A DNA stretch of 64,000 nt from Thermoplasmata archaeon (GTDB taxonomy: Archaea > Thermoplasmatota > Thermoplasmata > RBG-16-68-12 > JAFNFQ01): positions 64,001 through 128,000 of the forward strand of contig JBGPQV010000004.1 of NCBI GenBank assembly GCA_041489255.1, in the 5' to 3' direction. Shown here piece by piece: positions 1 through 10,524 of this stretch (positions are counted from its first letter, which is position 1; every line of letters starts with the position of its first letter). The notes beneath the pieces are model-generated. The model had not been told where the DNA came from and did no database searches. It saw nothing but the letters and a program-made list of their open reading frames with translations. Made by a program: the position numbers and the translations under genes.

Positions 1-2488
1 AGGAGCCGTGAGATATGGAGATGATGTCTGTCTCCGTCCCGTAGTTCCTCACACTGAAGGGGAGGCTCGCAGCTCCGTCAGGGGAGACGCTCAAGACGGT
101 TGGGTACCTCGTCTCCATGTGGACCTGGTAGGTCTTCTTGGGGCCCACATCCGCCGAGAATATCACGGCAAACTTGGCGGTGGATGGCACCTGTGTTCCG
201 CGCACGATGACAGTCCAGAGCCCTGTCGCGGGATACTGCACCTCGACCTGCTCAACATTGTTGATGTTGTCGAACCCGGGGTCGCCCGAGTCGGTCCAGC
301 CCTTCAGAGCTCCAGATGTCCCGTACTGGTTCCCATGATACTCGATCGTGCCGGATGGATCGCGGACTATGAGGTCCAGGTTCCTCACCAGAGCCCCGCC
401 GACCGCAGGCGGGTCGACCCAGACCAGAGTGATTTTCAGCGGGACGTCGGCGGTCTCCACGTTCTTGTTGATCGTCGCAGGTTGCCATGTGCCTGTCGTC
501 GTGAGGACGCCTTCCTCGAACTGGTTCGTCCGTGGCGCAGGCGGGAAGAGCGACTGCTCCAGGTCTATCCTGCCCCACCCTTGGTCAATGCCAGGATACT
601 GGTAGAGGTTCGGGTCCATCCTCACAGCGCCGTTAATCAACATCGCCTTCGCGAGCTGCGAGTTGACGTTGTCGATGCCCCAGACCTCCCGGAAATATTC
701 TCTCGTGAGCATGTAGAGTCCCGCCGCCATGGGAGTGGCCGCCGAAGTGCCCGGCATGTACCTGTAGTCGCCCATGCCGTCGGCCTGTATCGCGCCGGGG
801 TTGTTGCAGCTGTAGACATCTACTTTCTGTATCCAGTCGGGCTGCACTGCTTGGCTCCAGTATCCCCACTCGCCGCATCCGAGCGGTGCGATGACCGACG
901 TGCCTATTGCCAATAGGTCCGGCTTGAACCTCTCGGCTGGGTCGCTGCGGGAGCTGAAGTCGGCTATCAGGTTTGAGTTGTCAGAGTCGAACCACTCGGG
1001 CCTATAGTTCTCCGACGCGCCTATCGTGAGGCCGTTCTTCGCTTTCGCCTCGGTGCTCGTCGTTGCGGGGTCCGGTCCGTCATTGCCCGCAGCGAAGAGT
1101 ATCATCTTATCGTTTGATGCTTCGATCCTTGTGTCGACCGAGACGGCTGTCGGCCCATATGGTCCCGGCGAGCTACCGTAGCTGTTGCTCATGGTCTTCG
1201 CGCCGTCCGCGTATTCATCGTCCCAATATGTCGGGCTAGACTGCAGCGTCCCGCTCGCGGTTATGACGCAGTCGAATGAGAGCTTGCCCTCCGGGACGAC
1301 GCCCGCTTCGGACTGGTCCCATACGAAGTCATCGTTGGGGATCCCGAACTGCTGCTCCCACGCCCATCCATTGGAGATGACGGTGCCAGAAACGTGCGTG
1401 CCGTGCGCCGTTCCTCTCACCCTCCCATCGTACTGGCTACACGGCGCGGTTCTCTTCCTCACCGCAATTACCCTGTCGCCGAGTGGCCCCTTGAAGAAAT
1501 CGTGATGACCCGCATCGGCTCGCTGGAGGTCCAGTCCTGTGTCCTGGATCCCGACAATCTCGAAGACATCATCAGCGTTGCCTTGAATTCCGTCAGGTCC
1601 GGGAGAATGGCCAGTCAGGTTTGTCGGCAGTCCGCTTCGCGCGGGTGTCCAAGCCTGGTGGAATTTGTGGATCTCGCCCGCCTCCCAGTCGAGCGTCTTC
1701 ACTTCCTGATATAGGAAGATCTGACTGACCGCCGAAGACTTCGCGATAGCGGGAATGAGAGACGTGTCGACCAGGGCAACAGCCGTTGTCGGATCAGGCC
1801 AAGTCAGCAGGACATATGCGCCTAGATTTCCGAGGGTAGTGATCAATTGCGCTTCATCGACATCCTCGTAGGCAGTCAAGCTGATTTCGACCGCCCCGCT
1901 CATCTGCAATAGCCGCGACTCGATCTTGTACGCGGGTTGGTACTGCCCGACCCAGCCAACAAATGGAAGCGATCTGACGGCGGCGGCCTGCTCGTCATTC
2001 ATTTTTCCAATGTAAGCGTAATTTTCGACATAGTCGCGGAGAGGCACTCCGCGACTTTCCACTGCCGCAATCCATTCGGACTTGATGGGACCGAGGAACT
2101 GGACTATCCTCTCGGCGGAATCGACGGCGGTGAGGTATGGTGGGATCGTAGGAGCCGCCACGTTTGTGTCGAAGGTTATCCCCGCCGCAGGGAATCGCAG
2201 CATGTTCCGGTCAGGGAGCGCATTCATCTTGATTCCGAAATCCGCGAGGAACGAGTTCTCATAGAGCGGTCCTTCCGCCAAATAATAATCGTTATTGTAG
2301 TCGTCGACAATGACCATGCCCAGGTCCGTCAGGAAGGACTTCGATTCGGGAGATTCGAAGCTGAGCAGGTAGACACTCTGGGGGCCGGCATTGTCCGAAA
2401 CCGCATCGCCTCCACCCAACATGCTCACCGGCACGGCAGACCACGACATGACCAACACTAGCGTAGCCACTTTCGTCTTTGCCCACAT
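1..2488 (-). CDS. Secreted S8 subtilase (KP-43-like), 3' end runs out of the window
   Basis: Absent from the ORF track because there is no stop in the window. Manual translation from ATG 2488 (GGAGGAGG upstream) gives signal-like MWAKTKVATLVLVMSW, then QDTG, HGTHVSG, AAGND, FSSR..KPD, GTSAATP, QGWGR and LKITLVWVD; the frame stays open to the window edge. Confidence 0.9.
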   Translation of the reverse strand, partial: MWAKTKVATLVLVMSWSAVPVSMLGGGDAVSDNAGPQSVYLLSFESPESKSFLTDLGMVIVDDYNNDYYLAEGPLYENSFLADFGIKMNALPDRNMLRFPAAGITFDTNVAAPTIPPYLTAVDSAERIVQFLGPIKSEWIAAVESRGVPLRDYVENYAYIGKMNDEQAAAVRSLPFVGWVGQYQPAYKIESRLLQMSGAVEISLTAYEDVDEAQLITTLGNLGAYVLLTWPDPTTAVALVDTSLIPAIAKSSAVSQIFLYQEVKTLDWEAGEIHKFHQAWTPARSGLPTNLTGHSPGPDGIQGNADDVFEIVGIQDTGLDLQRADAGHHDFFKGPLGDRVIAVRKRTAPCSQYDGRVRGTAHGTHVSGTVISNGWAWEQQFGIPNDDFVWDQSEAGVVPEGKLSFDCVITASGTLQSSPTYWDDEYADGAKTMSNSYGSSPGPYGPTAVSVDTRIEASNDKMILFAAGNDGPDPATTSTEAKAKNGLTIGASENYRPEWFDSDNSNLIADFSSRSDPAERFKPDLLAIGTSVIAPLGCGEWGYWSQAVQPDWIQKVDVYSCNNPGAIQADGMGDYRYMPGTSAATPMAAGLYMLTREYFREVWGIDNVNSQLAKAMLINGAVRMDPNLYQYPGIDQGWGRIDLEQSLFPPAPRTNQFEEGVLTTTGTWQPATINKNVETADVPLKITLVWVDPPAVGGALVRNLDLIVRDPSGTIEYHGNQYGTSGALKGWTDSGDPGFDNINNVEQVEVQYPATGLWTVIVRGTQVPSTAKFAVIFSADVGPKKTYQVHMETRYPTVLSVSPDGAASLPFSVRNYGTETDIISISHGS

Positions 2489-2951
2489 TTGATCATTCCT
2501 CCTCCGTTGCCAGAGGAACCAGCGCGAGCGAAAAAAAGGAGGCACGTGCTGATTGAAGGCGAATCGGTGCCTTGTGGTATAGGTTTTGCGGTAGGGTCCT
2601 TTTACTGACGTATAGGACTTGCGGTATTCTTGAGGATTTTCAAACACGGTTCAGGTTTGAACTTTCACGGGGATTCCAGCGATATGCCCATCACTTTAGG
2701 CCAATTGCGTAGCGGTCTGGCACGACTTGATGACCAGAGATACATCCCAGCAATAATCGCAATGCGAAAGGATGATTCTCTGCAAAGAAGGACTGTTTCG
2801 AAATTGAGGAAGGGGATATGTCCGATTCGATTGCACCGCGAATCCTTTCAGAGGATGCTCATGTCGACGATGGAGTTGCACCCCAACAACATATAAATAG
2901 CGGGGTATCGATTCAAAACTCTGTCCACCCATCGGATAGGGGACTACTGAA

Positions 2952-5900
2952 TTGACCGGGAGGAGGCAGTCTCTCTGTGTATTGCTGCTGCTAGTCATGC
3001 TGTCGTCTGCCATGTATGTCTCGACTCCAGGGCAGAAACCGAACCAGCCCGATCAAGCGGGCACCGCGCCCGCGCTATCGAGCGAAGGAACGGGCACGAA
3101 CCCTGAGAAGCAGGTCGACATGGGCGCATCCGTATCATCGATACCGATGGCGACTTACCCGAGCTCGAGTGTCGGATGGCCGACCGCAAGTTCGGAGCCG
3201 ACTCCGGATGTAAACAGCCCGACGATCTTCGACTATCATCACATAGCCGAGGCTCAAGCCCTTGGGACGCCGGCGTACACGGGCTCCGATGTCCGGGTTT
3301 CGGTACTCGACTACGGTCTGGATATGGGCCAGCCAGACCTGAACGGCTCTCAATTCGTACAGCCATCTGGCCCTTATGCCGGGTGGCCCGTGGCCTTTGA
3401 CCCGATGTCGATGGGCAAATGGCTCAGGGACGAGAAGTACGAGGGGACCTGGTACGCGAACACGACTCGGGAAGGTCAGCCACCTTTCGAGGTGACCCAC
3501 TACATCCTCGTGGATGGTCGAAGAGACTTCGGAGATTCCGAGTTGCTGAAGGAGGATCCCTTGGGAACCAGCACATCTTCCACGGATGGACCAAAGATGG
3601 ACTATGACCTTACGCAACTCTATGTGACTCACGATGAGAAATTCTGGTACTTCGGATGGCCTGTCACGCAATACCTGAACACGAACCTTACCTATGGCCT
3701 TATGATAGATGTGAATAACGAGACAGGGGGAACAACGTCAGTCCCTGAAGGGAAGCTCGTAAGCACGAACACGACTCATTCGGGGAGCCCCCCCACAGAT
3801 CTAGCGGTCAACGATGTCACCGTGAGCCCTGACGGCACTCTGATAGCGACAACCTCGAGCGATAAACATGTCAAGGTCTGGAGACTCGATGGCAGCCGAT
3901 TGTACGACTTCGCTCCAGATCCCTTGAATCCAAGCAGTCACACTTCGAATCCTTACAGTCTCGCTTGGTCCCCAGACAGCAGGTTCCTGGCCAGCAGAGA
4001 CAAGAGCAAGCTCATAGTATGGGACGTTGTCAGCGGGCGTCAGGCATGGTGGACCACCATCAAGGACTCGACAATGGATATCACGCCTCCTGACGATCGC
4101 TTTTCATCATCGATTGCGTTCTCGCCCAATGGGCAGTGGATTGCGGTTGGTGCCGACTCCAGGGTGAGCGTCTTCAATGCTGCAACAGGCAGGTACGTCG
4201 GCAACGTCTCCGCCGCGACGGGTGGCATCATCAGGAGCGTGGCATTCAATCCGACAAACCCAACGCCGCCCCAGATTGCGATTGGGGCTGATATCTATGG
4301 GACGAGTTCCAATACCGTTCGAATTTACTCACTGGATGCGACGAACCTGCAGAACGTCAGAAATCCTCCAGTCGCCGTTGCTACCTGGAACAGCACGACA
4401 GCAGCCCCGGGCGCGCACACCGGTCAGATATTCAGCGTCGCATGGTCGCCTGATGGTCTGAGGATAGCATCCACAGCGAAGGATAACAGCGTCAGACTGT
4501 GGAACCCGCCTTCCACGTCACCTCTCAGGTATTCGACGCTTCATGGGAATTGGGTTTATGACGTCGCATGGGAACGGAGCGCTCCATACAGGTTCGCGAC
4601 TGTCTCGCGTTCTCCCACGTTGCCCAAAGCCCCGCTTAGGCTCTGGGGCTATAATGGCAGCTCGCTCGGATACTTCGAGCTCAACAAGTCGACTTATGCG
4701 GTCGACTGGACGAATAGCGGTGAACTGGTCACTGCGTCACTTGACCTATCCGCAAGGATTACAAGCACCTCTGGGAACCTTCAGAGAATCCTCGTTGCCA
4801 ACAAACCCGACTATGCGGTGATGATTGACGCAGGCATGAACTACAGCATGAAGGACCTGAAGTGGGAAAAAGTCGTCTACAACGGGACGTTCTATTCATG
4901 GAACGATACCACGTCGAGCTGGAGCCAGGGCAACGAAGTGACAAAACCGCCAATCAACGGCACTCAAGCATTCTTCGGAGTCGACGAGCTGTTCGTCGAA
5001 CTCGGAGTACCCACCGCCCTCTTGGGCAATCCCTCAGGCATTTCCGTCGAGATGTTCTCCGTGGCGAGAGACAAGAGTCATGCTCAGGACTCGGTGCCGA
5101 TCGACGGTACGGTTTTCGACGTGGACGGCAACGGGAAGTCCGATGGAGGGACCGCGGATCCATCACGTCCTGCCATTGACTTCACTCCTGTCGAGACACC
5201 GCTGAGTGCCTTCCAGTACGTTCCGGTCACATACTACAAGGTCAACACTACCGAAATCAACTCGGTGAGTAGGGATTACCATTTCGGGTATCACCCATCC
5301 CAGAAACTTGCTCAGCTATTCGGTTCTCTGGGCTTGCTCGTGGTAGATCCCGATCGGAACGGCACCTATGAGCGAGTCTATCTGGACATGGATAGGAACA
5401 CTTGTGAATCCAACCATGAATTCGATTCCCGGGATGTCTGGGTGGACAAGAGCCATCCCGTTGCGACATGCAACAAAGCGGGCACAGTCGATTCCACGCC
5501 CGATATCTCCGCAGGCATGATCTACTTTGTTTCAGACGGCGTCAATAATATCCCGTACTCCGAACGATTCAGGGAGCTGAATGGCATTACGAATCTCAAG
5601 AAACCGGGGAACGGCGAACTCGTTGCTTTCGCCGGCGAGTTCAGGATGGATCCCGACACGAACTACCCGCTGACTCATGGCACCGAAATCGCCTCGATAA
5701 TCGCTTCCAGAGGCCGGATCGATTCCGCTAGAATGAAAGGGATTGCGCCCGGAGTGAAACTCATACCCATCGTGAACGCCCTCGATGACATCATCTCCTC
5801 CTGGTACTTTGCAGTTGAGGGATACGACAAGTCGCCCGCAACCGGCGACGAGGCTCAGATAGTCCTCAATCCATTCGAGTATCCCAGAACGAAGGACGAC

Positions 5901-8900
5901 GGATACGACGTCTACTCGAGGACTGCGGACTACCTCTCGACCAGCTACGCACAGGGCCGGACAGTCTTCTTCGGTCCTGCCGGCGAGGAGGGCTTCGGCT
6001 ACGGATCGGTCGCATCACCGGCAGCGAGTCCAGGGATCATCACCGTCGGAAGAACCGTCGACGGCTCGATGACGGCGTTTCCGAATGGCGTTGAAGGCAC
6101 CAGCATTCACTACAACAACATCGCTTTCAGATCTTCACGTGGCCCGACTGTCTCGGGTTTTCCGAAACCTGACTTCGTGGCGATAGGCAATACCGCTTAT
6201 GACGAGCCCATAATATTCGGCTCTGACGGCACGGAAGCGTTGACCGATAGAGGTAACTCAGGATCCGAGATATCCGCGGCAGTTGCGGCGGGCGTGGCGG
6301 CCCTATTGATGGACGCCGCTGAGAGAATCGGCCGCAATCTGACGGCGAGCGACATCAGGAACTATTTGATGTCCGGCGCTGAGAATCTGGGTTATGACAT
6401 CCTGCTCCAGGGCGCAGGTTTCCTCAACGCGAGCAGATCCATGCAACTGCTGCTTGGCAGCAAGGATAAGGCGAGTGTGTTCGTTTCCCCGCCAAGTTGG
6501 GTCCCAGGGCTCTACAAGTCGTCCAAGCCGGACTCTTTCACGAAGCTCCTGTTCCCCGGCGATGGCGACCAGACCACCTTCACGGTTGAGAACAGAGACA
6601 CTAAGATTGTCAGTCTCAGCCTCAGCGGAGAGATGCTCACGAAGTGGGATGGATATGTCTTCACCAACAAGACCACGTTGAGGAACTTGAATGACATCTT
6701 CTTGTGGGTGAATAGGTCTGGCGTTTTTGTCGAAGACTTGAGCACTTTCCCGCCAGGCTTCACGATGATCGCGCCGGCGCTGCCCCAGCAAATTTGGGAC
6801 GACTCCGAGAACGTCCAAGTCACGGCGTACGGACCCTTCAACAATCTCATAGTGCCCTCCGGCGTCGATGGCTTCACGAATCTGTACTGCTACGATATGA
6901 CCCTCATGGATTGGACGATGGATCCGTTCGGTTACGGGCATCCCAGCCTGACTTGGGTGAACGAACTGAATACCATAGACATGTTGGATCACACCGCCAA
7001 TGTACTCGAGGCGCGAGTGCACAGGCCCGGTACTGAGCTGCACGACGCGCTGGTGATCCAGCTGAAACGCCACCTTGAGAACGATGCTTGCGGGAGATCG
7101 AACCTGGAGTGGACGTTCAACGTCGACTTCTTCCAAAGGGTGCCGTGGAGCATCCTGTCGCTGGACAAGACGAGCATCAGCCTGAACGCGGGAGGCAGCA
7201 CGACAGTCACCGCATCTATCCAGACGCCCGCAGACATGGCGATGGGATCCTATGAGGGTGCGGTCTATGTCTACGACTCGACGAACAAGCACGAGATTAC
7301 GATCCCGATTCTCGTGAACGTGGGGGCCCGCACTCCCAACTTCAAATTCGGAGGCAACCTACCTGCCACCGGTCTCAACGATGTCAGCAGGCTCTATGGC
7401 GGGAGAGACCTCACGCTATTAGGTTCGAACGTCAGGTATCCTTACACAGGTGATTGGCGGTACTTCTATGTCTGGCTACCCGACGACGGCATCAATGTGG
7501 CTGGGGCGAGCATCAAGATGGTCATCCAGCTCAACTGGACCGTCAAGCCGAGCGATATCGACATGGTCGCGCTCACGCCCGCCACGGCCGCAGATGTGGC
7601 ATCACAGTTCGCCTCCACGCGCTTCGGCCCGAAGTCCGTAAGGGAAGTGGTATCATCAGAGGCCGAATCGAGACCGAAATTCAAGACTCTCAGCAACAGC
7701 TCCCAGGACTATATCTCCTTCCAGCTGTCCGGCGGCCTGAACGTCATCGCACTCCATCAGATGATTCTCAACGGCGACAAACCCTACGAGATATTCAGCG
7801 GGAGCGGGATGTGGTGGCGCGTGCCAAGAGAGGTGCGGAAGGCGACGCAGAGTCTATCCGGCTTTGTCGGCGGCAATGCGATGCTGAGCGACACGCTGTT
7901 CGGCGGTCTCAGGGTTGACGCGGTCGGCCCCGCCATAGGCTCGAAGAACTCGTCGGAGCTGATCAAGCAGGACTGGCAGGAATGGATGAGTTCTCTGCCC
8001 TTCGGTTCCGCGCTGGCCAAGGGCAGTTACACGCTGTGCCTCCTTATCGAGAGCGTCATAATCCTAGACATAAAGCTGACAGGGCTATCCGACGTCGAAG
8101 ATCTTGACATGGGCCTTTTCAAGGACCCCAACGCCGACTGCAAGCTGGAAGAAGCCAATACGAACGGTCAGCCGTGCTCCGGCGTCAACTGCGTAGGAGG
8201 CGGGCCTCCATGGGCGATATCTGCTGGCTCCACCGCCACCGAGGAGATAAAATGGACGAGTCCGGACGATGGCCGCTATATTATCAAGATACTTGGCTAC
8301 ACCGTGCCTGGCGGTGCCGGGCATTTCGACCTCGAAGTGCAGCAGACTCTTGCGACTGGTTCCGGCTACATGATTCCGGAGGCGCCCCCGCCGGAGCAAT
8401 TGCTCATAGGCACGAAGCCAGTGCTGCCCCCGTTCAGTATCGTCTCCTATTCGATGACCTGGGACTTCAGTGGAAGCCAGAAGGATGGAAACTACAGTGG
8501 CGCTGTGCGCTTCGGGACAGCGACGGCAGGGGGAATCGTCGTGGTGCCTGCCATGATAGTCCTGGATCGTCAGGCGCCCGCGATATCGTCGTTCGTGGTG
8601 AAATCGCAGACCCTGCTCGTAAACACGACCGACCCGACGCTCACGAATGACCCGCGACCTACGCTCGTGGTCAGCCTGGCGGACAGGCAGATGGGGAGCC
8701 TGGCTAGGGACACGTTCAAGATGGTGCTCAACGACGTGGATATAACCGCACTCATGAGCGTGTCCGTGACACTGGAAACCAATCCCTACGTGACTCCCGC
8801 AGGACCCTATGGCCGCTGGCGCGGCGACATGAAGTTCAGCGCCATCAATCCGCTGGCGAACGGGATTCACACGCTCTACGTGGCTGCAGGCGACGAAGCC

Positions 8901-10370
8901 AGGAACTTCGTACACGCCAACTACACGTTCACAATCGACATGGAGTCGCCGCCTTTGGCCTTGGCGGGACTTCCGGTGGAGTACTTGCGTCAGAACACAG
9001 TGATGCTCCAAGGCAGCTCGGATCCCAATGCGTATGTCTTGATTGGCGGGACATGGCGTCAGCTCGACGCGACAGGCCAATTCTCCGTTCCTCTGACGCT
9101 TGAAGAGGGGAACAACGTCATCGACGTCACGGCGACACGCTGGTTCCAGGTGCAAAAGTCGGGCAGTATTCCCGCCAACACGGTCACTCTGCAGAAGAGG
9201 TACGTCTATGACATCACTCCACCGTCGATTCTTGGCGTGACCACCGATCCTTCTATTCTGCCGATAAACACGGAGACCTTGCGGCTATCCGGCCGATTGG
9301 CCGACAACATAGCACTAGACACTCCGCTGGCGAATTACTCAATGCTGAAGTTCACGATCAATGGCGCGCCGGTGAGCGTCTTCCCGGACGGCAGCTTCTC
9401 GGTGGTCGTTCCGACGTTGGAAGAACAGAACAGCTACGTGCTCTACGTGGAGGATCCAGCGGGCAACAATGTCACGAGCGCGCCCCTGATAATCACCAGA
9501 GACACCGTGGCGCCGGTCATAGAAGTCTCGGGGGTTCCTGAGCGCGTGGAGGCGGACAGGGTCACGGTGACCGTGACTTCCGAGTCAGGCTTGAGGGTAA
9601 CCGTGAATGGCTTCGACGCCCCGGAGGGTCCGACAGGCACTTACACCAAGTTGATTGGCCTGAGCGGAGGCTCGAACACGATAGTCATCACCGCGCAGGA
9701 CAGCGCGAAGAACACCGTCGAGCGCAGGGTCGCCGTGGAGTACGCCGCCCCTGCGGGCCTTGGGAGCCAGCTGTTCGGGCCGGCCGGAGGGGCCGGGTCG
9801 ATAGCATTCATCGCGATCCTGGTGATCATAGTCGTCATCATCGTCTTCCTGGTCATTCGCTGGATGCGCGGACGGGGCGGCGTGGAGGAAGAAGGTGAGG
9901 TCGGCGCGGTCGAAACGGAGGTTCCAGCCGAAGAACCGGTTGGAGCGCCCGAGGAGGAAGAGCTGGAGACCGAGGAGATCGCGAAGCCGTCGAAGCCTGC
10001 TGAGGGACCACCTGAAGAAGTAAAGGCTCCACCAGCCGCACCGCAGAAGCCATCGGAGGAAGCGACAAAGCCGGCTTCCACGCTCGTCGTGTTCCGCGTG
10101 ACGAGGGCGAAGCTTGCGCTCGATCAGGGCAAGATATCCCAGAAGGTGTACGAGCAGAACCTCGCCTCGATGGGCCTCACTGTCACGGATGCGGACAAGA
10201 CAATCAAGGAGGCTGAGAAAGCCGAACAGCTCCAGGCTAGAGCCTCGCCCGCCGAGAAGAAGGCTCCGACGAAGGAGGACAAGATCAAGGCGCTCCGCAA
10301 GGCTCTGGACGAAGGACGCATAACCCAGGAAGTGTACGAGGCGAACATCAAGAGAATCCAGCAGAGCTAG
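2952..10370 (+). CDS. Giant membrane-anchored S8-fold surface protein with WD40 insert, Ig-like repeats, TM helix and two SHOCT-like domains
   Basis: 2472-aa ORF: N-terminal hydrophobic segment, VLDYG, WD40 repeats (VSPDG..SDKHVKVW, AWSPDG..KDNSVRLW), THGTEIAS, SSRGP..KPD, QGAG, C-terminal TM helix, Pro/Glu-rich linker, LDQGKISQKVYE and LDEGRITQEVYE. Confidence 0.85.
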   Translation: MTGRRQSLCVLLLLVMLSSAMYVSTPGQKPNQPDQAGTAPALSSEGTGTNPEKQVDMGASVSSIPMATYPSSSVGWPTASSEPTPDVNSPTIFDYHHIAEAQALGTPAYTGSDVRVSVLDYGLDMGQPDLNGSQFVQPSGPYAGWPVAFDPMSMGKWLRDEKYEGTWYANTTREGQPPFEVTHYILVDGRRDFGDSELLKEDPLGTSTSSTDGPKMDYDLTQLYVTHDEKFWYFGWPVTQYLNTNLTYGLMIDVNNETGGTTSVPEGKLVSTNTTHSGSPPTDLAVNDVTVSPDGTLIATTSSDKHVKVWRLDGSRLYDFAPDPLNPSSHTSNPYSLAWSPDSRFLASRDKSKLIVWDVVSGRQAWWTTIKDSTMDITPPDDRFSSSIAFSPNGQWIAVGADSRVSVFNAATGRYVGNVSAATGGIIRSVAFNPTNPTPPQIAIGADIYGTSSNTVRIYSLDATNLQNVRNPPVAVATWNSTTAAPGAHTGQIFSVAWSPDGLRIASTAKDNSVRLWNPPSTSPLRYSTLHGNWVYDVAWERSAPYRFATVSRSPTLPKAPLRLWGYNGSSLGYFELNKSTYAVDWTNSGELVTASLDLSARITSTSGNLQRILVANKPDYAVMIDAGMNYSMKDLKWEKVVYNGTFYSWNDTTSSWSQGNEVTKPPINGTQAFFGVDELFVELGVPTALLGNPSGISVEMFSVARDKSHAQDSVPIDGTVFDVDGNGKSDGGTADPSRPAIDFTPVETPLSAFQYVPVTYYKVNTTEINSVSRDYHFGYHPSQKLAQLFGSLGLLVVDPDRNGTYERVYLDMDRNTCESNHEFDSRDVWVDKSHPVATCNKAGTVDSTPDISAGMIYFVSDGVNNIPYSERFRELNGITNLKKPGNGELVAFAGEFRMDPDTNYPLTHGTEIASIIASRGRIDSARMKGIAPGVKLIPIVNALDDIISSWYFAVEGYDKSPATGDEAQIVLNPFEYPRTKDDGYDVYSRTADYLSTSYAQGRTVFFGPAGEEGFGYGSVASPAASPGIITVGRTVDGSMTAFPNGVEGTSIHYNNIAFRSSRGPTVSGFPKPDFVAIGNTAYDEPIIFGSDGTEALTDRGNSGSEISAAVAAGVAALLMDAAERIGRNLTASDIRNYLMSGAENLGYDILLQGAGFLNASRSMQLLLGSKDKASVFVSPPSWVPGLYKSSKPDSFTKLLFPGDGDQTTFTVENRDTKIVSLSLSGEMLTKWDGYVFTNKTTLRNLNDIFLWVNRSGVFVEDLSTFPPGFTMIAPALPQQIWDDSENVQVTAYGPFNNLIVPSGVDGFTNLYCYDMTLMDWTMDPFGYGHPSLTWVNELNTIDMLDHTANVLEARVHRPGTELHDALVIQLKRHLENDACGRSNLEWTFNVDFFQRVPWSILSLDKTSISLNAGGSTTVTASIQTPADMAMGSYEGAVYVYDSTNKHEITIPILVNVGARTPNFKFGGNLPATGLNDVSRLYGGRDLTLLGSNVRYPYTGDWRYFYVWLPDDGINVAGASIKMVIQLNWTVKPSDIDMVALTPATAADVASQFASTRFGPKSVREVVSSEAESRPKFKTLSNSSQDYISFQLSGGLNVIALHQMILNGDKPYEIFSGSGMWWRVPREVRKATQSLSGFVGGNAMLSDTLFGGLRVDAVGPAIGSKNSSELIKQDWQEWMSSLPFGSALAKGSYTLCLLIESVIILDIKLTGLSDVEDLDMGLFKDPNADCKLEEANTNGQPCSGVNCVGGGPPWAISAGSTATEEIKWTSPDDGRYIIKILGYTVPGGAGHFDLEVQQTLATGSGYMIPEAPPPEQLLIGTKPVLPPFSIVSYSMTWDFSGSQKDGNYSGAVRFGTATAGGIVVVPAMIVLDRQAPAISSFVVKSQTLLVNTTDPTLTNDPRPTLVVSLADRQMGSLARDTFKMVLNDVDITALMSVSVTLETNPYVTPAGPYGRWRGDMKFSAINPLANGIHTLYVAAGDEARNFVHANYTFTIDMESPPLALAGLPVEYLRQNTVMLQGSSDPNAYVLIGGTWRQLDATGQFSVPLTLEEGNNVIDVTATRWFQVQKSGSIPANTVTLQKRYVYDITPPSILGVTTDPSILPINTETLRLSGRLADNIALDTPLANYSMLKFTINGAPVSVFPDGSFSVVVPTLEEQNSYVLYVEDPAGNNVTSAPLIITRDTVAPVIEVSGVPERVEADRVTVTVTSESGLRVTVNGFDAPEGPTGTYTKLIGLSGGSNTIVITAQDSAKNTVERRVAVEYAAPAGLGSQLFGPAGGAGSIAFIAILVIIVVIIVFLVIRWMRGRGGVEEEGEVGAVETEVPAEEPVGAPEEEELETEEIAKPSKPAEGPPEEVKAPPAAPQKPSEEATKPASTLVVFRVTRAKLALDQGKISQKVYEQNLASMGLTVTDADKTIKEAEKAEQLQARASPAEKKAPTKEDKIKALRKALDEGRITQEVYEANIKRIQQS

Positions 10371-10524
10371 TGGACACTGAAACGGCAAGAGCCGCTAAGT
10401 CCCCGATCGGCAAGGGTCGCGAAACCCGGGCTATTTCAGGTGCACCTTCCTCCCGGCTCTTTGCAGACTCTCGGCTCGGCGGTAGATATTTATGCCCGGA
10501 TATAATCTCGGCCTCAGTGAATCT

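Noticed and set aside
8-2461. Plus-strand ORFs 8..916, 1185..1505 and 1937..2461
   Set aside because: They are antisense shadows of the minus-strand subtilase, which has clear catalytic motifs.
2630-3013. Short ORFs in the divergent intergenic region
   Set aside because: No motifs; they overlap the probable promoters.
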